Shown in pieces: positions 56,798 through 64,000 of a DNA stretch of 64,000 nucleotides (position 1 is its first letter; each line of letters starts with the position of its first letter). Both the position numbers and the translations under genes were made by a program. The stretch is from NCBI GenBank assembly GCA_964019425.1, contig OZ025788.1, positions 682,001 through 746,000 of the forward strand. The letters run 5' to 3'. The stretch is from Flectonema sp. DT1601 (lineage: Eukaryota). The notes beneath the pieces are model-generated. The model made no database searches. It was not told where the DNA came from and saw only the letters and a list, made by a program, of their open reading frames with translations.

Positions 56798-59065
56798 TTA
56801 TTTGAAACTCGGAAAGTCCACTCGAAGTGATTTCCCCGTTCGAGTTAACTCAGTTACCCTTAGAAGAACTCTATCGAATGGCGACATGTTTTGTTGAATA
56901 GCTTCCCAATCCATTTTATCGAATGCCTCTAAGTATTCTTCACTCCATCCCCAGTCGAGGTCTATTTTAGCTTCACTGAGAGTTTGATTTTTTGCCTTTT
57001 GAGTAATCCATTCCTTTAATATATTTACATGAAGTTCATAAATTATCGTAGACTTAGTATTCTGAACCCATCGGTCAACAGGTCGCTTAATTGGGACGTC
57101 GATGGGTGTGTTCGCACAAAGAGCAAATGCTCCAAAGTCAGATGCAGCCTGACAGAGTTGATGAGAACTTCCAACACAGTCACCGTACACAGTGATGAAC
57201 TTCTGTTCTGAAGTTCCAACTCGTCCAGAGTGTACAGAGCTGGAGGACACTCCAATGAAAACTTCATCCAAAGAAGGAAATGTTCCGTACATTAAAGATA
57301 CAAATCGAAGAGCGTTGTGAAAATGAGCTGATAAGTATTTCGATGTATTCCACCCAATTGTTATTGAGGACGCGAGTACCGATACAATCGTTCCGTCAGT
57401 TCGTTCAACGCAGAAGATCGCTTTCCCCAACGCCATGTTGATGAATGTTTGAATGTCTTGATCGTAGTCGGTATCGATTGTTAAATTAGCATTGCATACT
57501 GTGGCAGATTTTCTTTTCATCATATCCAACTCAAGTAATTCGAGTGTTTGACAGGCGCTCACACTTATTCTTGTTGATATGTCAGTACACAAATCAATAA
57601 TGGTAGATGGTAAACTGCGATACATTGAATTTTCATCTTCGGTAAAATGCTTGTGTGTAAGGATTGTAATGTTAGTCGGGGAGTCGTCAATTCCCTTTAA
57701 TGTTTCGCATATTTCTTTGTAGTCCCAGCCTTCGATCATTTCAAATTCATGCTTAAAATCCGAGTCTATAGCTACACCACCAGGAGTACAGACACCTTCT
57801 AGTCGAGCTGCTTTGTTTACACTTCTGCCAAGGTAGTCTGTACGTCCGCTTAGAGGGTTTATTTCGGCCTCTACTTCTCCATAGTGGATTCCTATTCTCA
57901 CCATTAGACCGTTCCAACTGTTCTTTTCAAACACCGGTGGTAACATCAAATCAGACGGCCATATTGCAACAGCAAGCCTTTTTTGAACACTCATCGCAAA
58001 CGAACATCCATCAAACAAACTTTCAAATGCGACCATAAATGAATCTCCGATTGTTTTCACTTCGTATCCACCAAACTCAGCCATACAACCTCTAATGATG
58101 TTGTTGTGGATTTTTAAAGCTCGTTTCATGGCATCGGGGGAAGCTTCCCATATGGCAGTTGACGACTTCAAGTCGGTAAATAAAATAGCTGCTTCGTCTC
58201 CTTGTGGTGGACGAACAGTATCATGAGTACATTCTTCCGATGATGAAAATAAAGAATTCGGTAAGTAAGGACGATACTGATGTAGGTTTCTAAGTAGCTG
58301 ATTGAGAACTTCTGTAAGAGCATTGTTTTCTTCTCTATCAATAATCACCTTGGCTTCCTCCAGATCAAAGCGTACCAATGCTGCAGCTACAGTCTCTGCG
58401 AGAAGGACACTGGCTTCTAGCTTTTGCTGTTCATGTTGCATACCCTTGGCAAAGTTACGAGTACATAAAAAGTCCAGTATCAACAACGCTAGATACGCGC
58501 CAAGGACAATTGTCGCTTCTCTTTGATTTTCCTCGCACGGAGCAGAATTCAATTCTTCAGGTGTCAAGTTGAAACACTGTAAGCTTCTTAGTTCTCGGTC
58601 TCGGATGTCATACAACCCAAATCGGAAAACCTTTTCAAAGGTATCGATGACGAGATATAACGTAGTTGCTGCAACAACGCAGTTGGAAACACTCGGATGT
58701 AATGAACACAACAATATAATGTCGAGAACTAACACTACGAATGGCCATAAGCGTGCCTGCATCTCACCAGCACGACGACTATCAAATATAAGAATTGTAA
58801 AACTCCAAGTGACCATTAGAATCGTGATATCTGTTGTTGTTAATTTCTTAGTTACGAAGTTCTTGATCCCCAAGAGGAAGCTGACTGTGAGACACACTGA
58901 ATTTCCAGAAGCTCCAATGTGCCATTCATCTGTTACGAATGCAGAAAACACTACGACAGCCGTTAGGACCACAACTACAATCGTGGCTGGAATAACAACT
59001 CGTTTCCTTTGTCGATCTATTGGCTGGTCTTGTTCCGAGAAGAACGGAGCTAATATGATTCCCAT
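56798..59065 (-). CDS. Multi-TM adenylate cyclase with one intact and one degenerate class III domain
   Basis: LFTDLKSST, EVKTIGDSFM and DYLGRSVNKAARLE supply all the adenylyl cyclase catalytic and specificity residues. The second cyclase-like copy lacks them. Confidence 0.9.
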   Translation of the reverse strand: MGIILAPFFSEQDQPIDRQRKRVVIPATIVVVVLTAVVVFSAFVTDEWHIGASGNSVCLTVSFLLGIKNFVTKKLTTTDITILMVTWSFTILIFDSRRAGEMQARLWPFVVLVLDIILLCSLHPSVSNCVVAATTLYLVIDTFEKVFRFGLYDIRDRELRSLQCFNLTPEELNSAPCEENQREATIVLGAYLALLILDFLCTRNFAKGMQHEQQKLEASVLLAETVAAALVRFDLEEAKVIIDREENNALTEVLNQLLRNLHQYRPYLPNSLFSSSEECTHDTVRPPQGDEAAILFTDLKSSTAIWEASPDAMKRALKIHNNIIRGCMAEFGGYEVKTIGDSFMVAFESLFDGCSFAMSVQKRLAVAIWPSDLMLPPVFEKNSWNGLMVRIGIHYGEVEAEINPLSGRTDYLGRSVNKAARLEGVCTPGGVAIDSDFKHEFEMIEGWDYKEICETLKGIDDSPTNITILTHKHFTEDENSMYRSLPSTIIDLCTDISTRISVSACQTLELLELDMMKRKSATVCNANLTIDTDYDQDIQTFINMALGKAIFCVERTDGTIVSVLASSITIGWNTSKYLSAHFHNALRFVSLMYGTFPSLDEVFIGVSSSSVHSGRVGTSEQKFITVYGDCVGSSHQLCQAASDFGAFALCANTPIDVPIKRPVDRWVQNTKSTIIYELHVNILKEWITQKAKNQTLSEAKIDLDWGWSEEYLEAFDKMDWEAIQQNMSPFDRVLLRVTELTRTGKSLRVDFPSFK

Positions 59066-59757
59066 CGAAGCAAACCAGGCGCAGTCTGACAACTATGTAT
59101 GTTAGTCTTGCAAGAAGAAATAGAAATTATACAACAAGGAAAAGAAACTAACCACAAATACGCAGCAAAAAAAAAACACTCCCTGTGTCCGCCAGAGCTG
59201 TTCAAGAGGTGTGTGCGTTTAATATGCAAGAAACTAGTGTGACAAGCAATTAGTATGAAGCTAGTAGGACAACAAAAGGGAATACTTCGCGAGATTGAAA
59301 TTTGCTTTTCTCTTTGCCTACGGTGCACCTTGCGAATTTTTAATTATGTTGAATATAATGACAAATGTAGAATACTATTGCTTGTTGGAGGGAGAGCACG
59401 CTACTAGGAGTTTGAAAGGTCAAAAAAAAAAAAAAAAAAAATATTCAGTAATCATCGTAAATCTTTTTTTTTCTTTTTTTTGACGAGGAAAAAAAAAAAA
59501 AAAAAAAAAAAATGGAACAAGAAAAAAAACGAGAAGTAGTCGAATTTGGCATCAAAATACTTCGTTGAAATTTGTTGCCGAAGACAAATTCTGTAAAGGC
59601 AGAACTACTTTTGTATTTGATACAAAAAGAAGACTCTGTGTAAAAGAAACTGGAAGAAATAGGCAACTCACTACTGCTGCGGACTTGAATTAGCCTCGTT
59701 GATACCTTATTAGAAGAGTAATCGTCTATGCTTAAGGGTATCAACGGCAAATTCACC

Positions 59758-59805
59758 TACTACTCAGTGTAAGCCGAGAATGCTCAGTGCTCACACTGAG
59801 TAGTA
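59758..59805 (-). other. Intergenic hairpin with perfect 13-bp outer stem
   Basis: TACTACTCAGTGT ... ACACTGAGTAGTA. On the minus strand the stem extends to 17 bp via a G-U pair, followed by a bulge and a short stem closing a CAUU loop. Confidence 0.7.
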
Positions 59806-61685
59806 CTTGCTGAAATCAGAGGGAGATGTAGGGTAGGATGAGTTGGGAAATTGAAACAACATCCGAGAATGGGTTTGGACACAAATAGAAGGGGCGAAGA
59901 TGAGACAACCTACAATTAACGCTCCGAAAAAATGAGCGCGTGGCACGTGGCCACACCGACAATAAAATATTAAAAGTACATATTAGTGAAACATGAAGAG
60001 AAGACACGGCCTTCCAAACATGAGTGTAACCGACGAGCTCGGTGTTAACTTACCTTTATGGTTCGTTTACACATCACAGCAAGATCGGGTGTAATAAGTC
60101 TCAAGAAAAAGATGAACTAATAAGTAGAAAAAAAAATATATTACGCATTCTTCAAAACACCGGCCCAAACCACTCTGTTTGTTTTCGATTTTGCATCCCT
60201 TGGAAAGTACTAAAAACCTGACAAAGGCACAGTGTAATTTTCATTTTTTTTTTTTTTGAAATACAAAAATGCAAAGTGGGAAGTGTTCCTCCCATCAAAC
60301 TGGGACCATCTTGAGATGAAGAATCTAATTATTATTGGGCTGGTGTTCTGAAGAATTTGTAATTTTTTTTTTTTTTTGTACAATCAGCTCATCCTGAATA
60401 GTTATTTTTGATGTAGTAAAGAAGTCAAATCCTAAGAAAGCTTTCGAAGGGAATGAATAAGGAACCGACTGAATCGCTAGGTACTCTTCCCTAATGGCCT
60501 TGAGCGGGACAGACAACCCTAGAACAAAATAAGAAAAAAAGAGGGAAATCACAAAAAGACACTTCACTGGCGCAAATACGGCCGCGCCAGAGATTTAGGT
60601 CTCAAAGTAACGAATTTATCAAAAGTAATAACAAACATGCGGTAGCGTAAAAAAAATCTTGAATATAATTCCAACGCAGAAAGCAAAAACAGTCACCAGG
60701 GAGTGGGACTAGAATTGGCATCGCTACATGGGACAAATAGCTTCAGCTTGAATTATAAAAAACGACAAATTAATAAAATGAATAAATAAACTAAAATAAC
60801 GGGGTACAAAGCACACCCACAAACCTACAAGATGAAGAACAAAAGCTGAAAACGTCTGTACTGTTTTGACTATAAAGTCGAGTCCACACTACTACAGCTT
60901 TATAATGAAAAAGAATAAAATAATTTGATGGAACACACAAAGTAATTTGTTGGCACCAGCAGTCATTCGCCAATATTTTAATTTTTTATATAAAAATAAT
61001 ATGCGACACCAACATTGATTGTAACCTGTAGATGGTATTTAGAGACAATGAGAGAAAGGCTAAAAGATTCAGTTCGACCACGTCTGTCCTCGCAAACCTT
61101 TAACTGAAGAAATTACGAAAAAAAACAGACGAGCGAAGATAGAGAGTTTACCTTCCTATTCAATAAATCTCAGTTGAGAATAACTAACATAAAAAAAAGT
61201 AAAATAAAATATTCAAACAACGTAAAAATAAAAAAAATAATAAAGCACATAAAAAGATGAACTTTTCAGCATATTGGTGAAGGGACACTTTGCTCTGATT
61301 ATAAATTATGAATATGACAGCTATAATGATGGGTGTCTTCAAAATTAAAAAAGATAATAATAAAGAAAATGTATCGCACAACACTAAGATGAGGCATTGC
61401 ATAAATGTAAAACACCAGTTATAGTGAAGCAGTAAGTATTGTTGAGCAGCCCTGATAATGTTAGGTAGCAACTCATCGAAAATAATAATGCTCGCGTGAT
61501 AGCACCAAGTGCCCAGTATCATGATCGCTGAGAGGTCAGGTCACAGATAAAGTCTGTAATATGGCTCATGAGATATGGTTACGGATACAGGGGTTGGATG
61601 GAAAGAGTAATTCAATTTAATTCTCAAACACATACATCAATTGTTGATAACTGTGCTTTTTAACAGTTCGTATTATAAATAATCA

Positions 61686-62127
61686 AATCAATCAATAAAT
61701 CGTAAAGACATCAAACGAATAATGGCTTTGTTTCGTGGTTAAAATTAAATAATCTTTCTTCAGACCATTCCCCTTACCCGACCCTCTTCAGCGAAGAAGT
61801 AAAGGGAACACTGCGGTGTCAGGCCTGTCCTGCTTATCGTGTCTGCCCTTCTCAGCGAAGGGACCACGTCAACATGGACTACTTCTCTTACCATTTAACA
61901 CAGTCCCTCTATATAAATATCAATGAACGCGGGATACTAACTAATGAGTGGTGCTGAGTTATGTTTAGGGAGGTGAATAATAAGAAAAAATATTTAAAAA
62001 AAAAGTTCCTACTCATTTAGTTAGGCATTTCGGTATTTTAGCTATATTAGCGGGGGAATATCATAAAAAATGAAATAAATAAATAAATAAACAATCAATC
62101 AAGTATATCGTAAGGACATCAAACGAA
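61686..62127. repeat. Pair of about 35-bp imperfect direct repeats (61686-61719 and 62093-62127) bracketing a GC-richer structured segment
   Basis: AATCAATCAA-TAAATCGTAAAGACATCAAACGAA versus AATCAATCAAGTATATCGTAAGGACATCAAACGAA (32/35 identical). Confidence 0.75.
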
Positions 62128-62349
62128 CGTTGCTGTATATTATGAGTGCAAGGCAACTCTCAGCAACAGAGGACCCAATCATTAATTGCGACTACAAGCA
62201 AGTTCATCGACATTAACAAACAACGACAATAACAACTTCAAAAAAGAAAAAAACGACAAACAAACGGTACATAACTGGATATCGTAAAAATTGTGTGGGG
62301 AAAGCACTATGCTAGGATATCTGAGTGGCGCAGCAACAACGATTAAATG

Positions 62350-62386
<37 letters not shown>

Positions 62387-64000
62387 AATCGAATAAAATA
62401 AGTTAAGCTTTTTTTTTTTTTTTTTTTTTTGAACCAATGAGTAGTCATTAAAATAACTAAGAAATAAAACAACCTATTACCGTGTTTTTTTTTTTTTTTT
62501 TTTTTTGTTTTTTTTAAATTTTTTTTTTGTTGTTTTTTTTTTTTTTTTAAATTTTTCTTCGACACAGCAAAAAAAGAATACCAATCTAAATCACATCGTT
62601 TTAGGTTTCAAAAGTTTCTCTATTTTTAAATGAGTAGCTCATTACTTCACCTTGGAGCTGACAACTATGAAACTTCGCCGAAAAATTAAGACTTTCAGGA
62701 AGATAGAAAACATGTGAGTATTTTGATCTGATGGCTGGCTGTTGCTTTGAGTAGATATTTATTAGCTATTTCAATAATCATGGTTGCAGTACCTTATGTG
62801 AGATCTATTAAAGATAAATGACTGAAATCGAAAAAAAAAAGAAAAATATGGGCTCACAAAAAAAAAATATCACTTTTTAGTAGGCGCATTGCTCTACTTT
62901 CCCCCATCCTCGTCATTATTGCGTACGGATTTACATCTTATGCGTTTCTTGTTAGTCAATATTTGAGCTACAATAATCGGGAGTTTTTTTTTTTTTTTTC
63001 TTTTGTTAGAATGTGAGCTTGTTATAAAATACACTAAAATCGTGAATTTTTTTAAAAAAAAAAAAAATAGTGTAAAAAAAACACATTCTGTTTTCTGCTG
63101 TCCCATTTTACGCCGTGAATTGCATAGCTTCATTGGAAATGGTCAATCCTTACAGGTTGAAAACAAAAGCAACGAAGAAATGATCAGGAGGGTAAATTGA
63201 TAACCGTATTATCATTTCAAGCTCAAAGGAACAAGGGGGGGAGTGGAGAAGAGTAAATAAATAAAACACCATTTTTTCTATTCCATTATATGAAACATTT
63301 CTTCATGCATGAAATAATCACGCGCGTCAAATTCCACCACACCACGAAAGAAAATAAAAAACCCGGAACATGACCGGGCGCCTTTCACCCCCTAACTGTC
63401 CCAAGCATTAATATTGAGGGGACTACTGAAGGCATAAAAAGGGAGTCACAAAAGTTAGGCAACATGAATAACTGTACCAATGTGTAAGGAAGAGACTCAA
63501 AAGGAAGCTCAAACGAGACGTGCTGTAGACGTTGTTAAACTTAACAATAAGGGTTAGTTCGGGGCAAAAAAAATATTTCTATGGGCTCCTTAAATGTAAA
63601 GAGACACTTTTAAGAGCTCACATTTTGGGCGCTACACACCGTCGAAAAAAAAAAAAAAAATTGAACAATAATAATAATAATAATTTAACAACTAAAAAAA
63701 ATTAATTCATCTTCTGAGTGATATGCGTAAATCGAAAAGTGGTGATCGACAACAAACACTATCGCACCTTGAGACGTAGATAAGAACGCTCAGATTACCT
63801 TCTTCGGAGCGGCATAAAAAAAGTGTGAAATGTGGGCCAGTAGGCGTTTAATGATACATACAACAGAAATTACTTTTTTTTTTTTTTTTTTTTTTCTTCA
63901 ACAAAAAATTTACCTTAAAACTGTGAAGTCAAAGATTTCTCTGAGGGTTTAAAAAAAAAACAAAACAAAAATGCAAAACTTTTTTTTTTTCGAGAAAATT

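Noticed and set aside
58569..59105. 178-aa plus-strand ORF and similar antisense ORFs
   Set aside because: They overlap well-supported minus-strand genes and have no motifs.
61846..61880. GGACCACGTCAACATGG resembles the ingi/L1Tc 5' HDV-like ribozyme hallmark; CTGAAGA nearby suggests a hammerhead core
   Set aside because: The required pairing partners and the GAAA core could not be built.
59100..64000. Short Phe- or Lys-rich ORFs, also at 16.3-19.1 kb, 21 kb and 46.8-48.3 kb
   Set aside because: Products of poly-A/poly-T tracts with no domain signal.
1..64000. tRNA, rRNA, snoRNA or telomeric arrays; alternative genetic code
   Set aside because: No cloverleaf, convincing C/D box pair or TTAGGG array was found by eye. 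TAA, TAG and TGA all act as stops. A covariance-model scan would be needed to exclude small RNAs.

Overview
AT-rich eukaryotic nuclear DNA, most likely from a euglenozoan and probably a diplonemid. The evidence is a cytochrome c with the single-cysteine AxxCH heme motif, about 23 genes all on the minus strand as one directional cluster, short GT-AG cis-introns, expanded membrane class III cyclase-like genes and a TAVP-repeat surface protein. The taxon is inferred, not looked up. Housekeeping genes include cytochrome c, CSN9-like, RRP15, Mpv17, a PhnP-like hydrolase, SMYD, PRMT, GT61 and EamA. There is also an internally deleted piggyBac element with a TTAA duplication. The most interesting signals are: (1) an FHA-PBZ-PBZ-SWIM-ATP-dependent DNA ligase fusion plus a separate zf-PARP-HMG-PBZ-PBZ protein, a candidate poly(ADP-ribose)-guided break-repair system; (2) a receptor kinase with tyrosine-kinase signature motifs and repeated YxYS tail motifs; (3) cis-intron acceptors that are A/C-rich (AACAG) while presumed trans-splice acceptors are polypyrimidine-rich; (4) an NRF-6/acyltransferase-3 fused to a degenerate carboxylesterase; (5) a Gdown1/POLR2M-like gene. 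All protein calls are from motif recognition by eye and all exon models are predicted from splice consensus and reading frame; no database searches were run.
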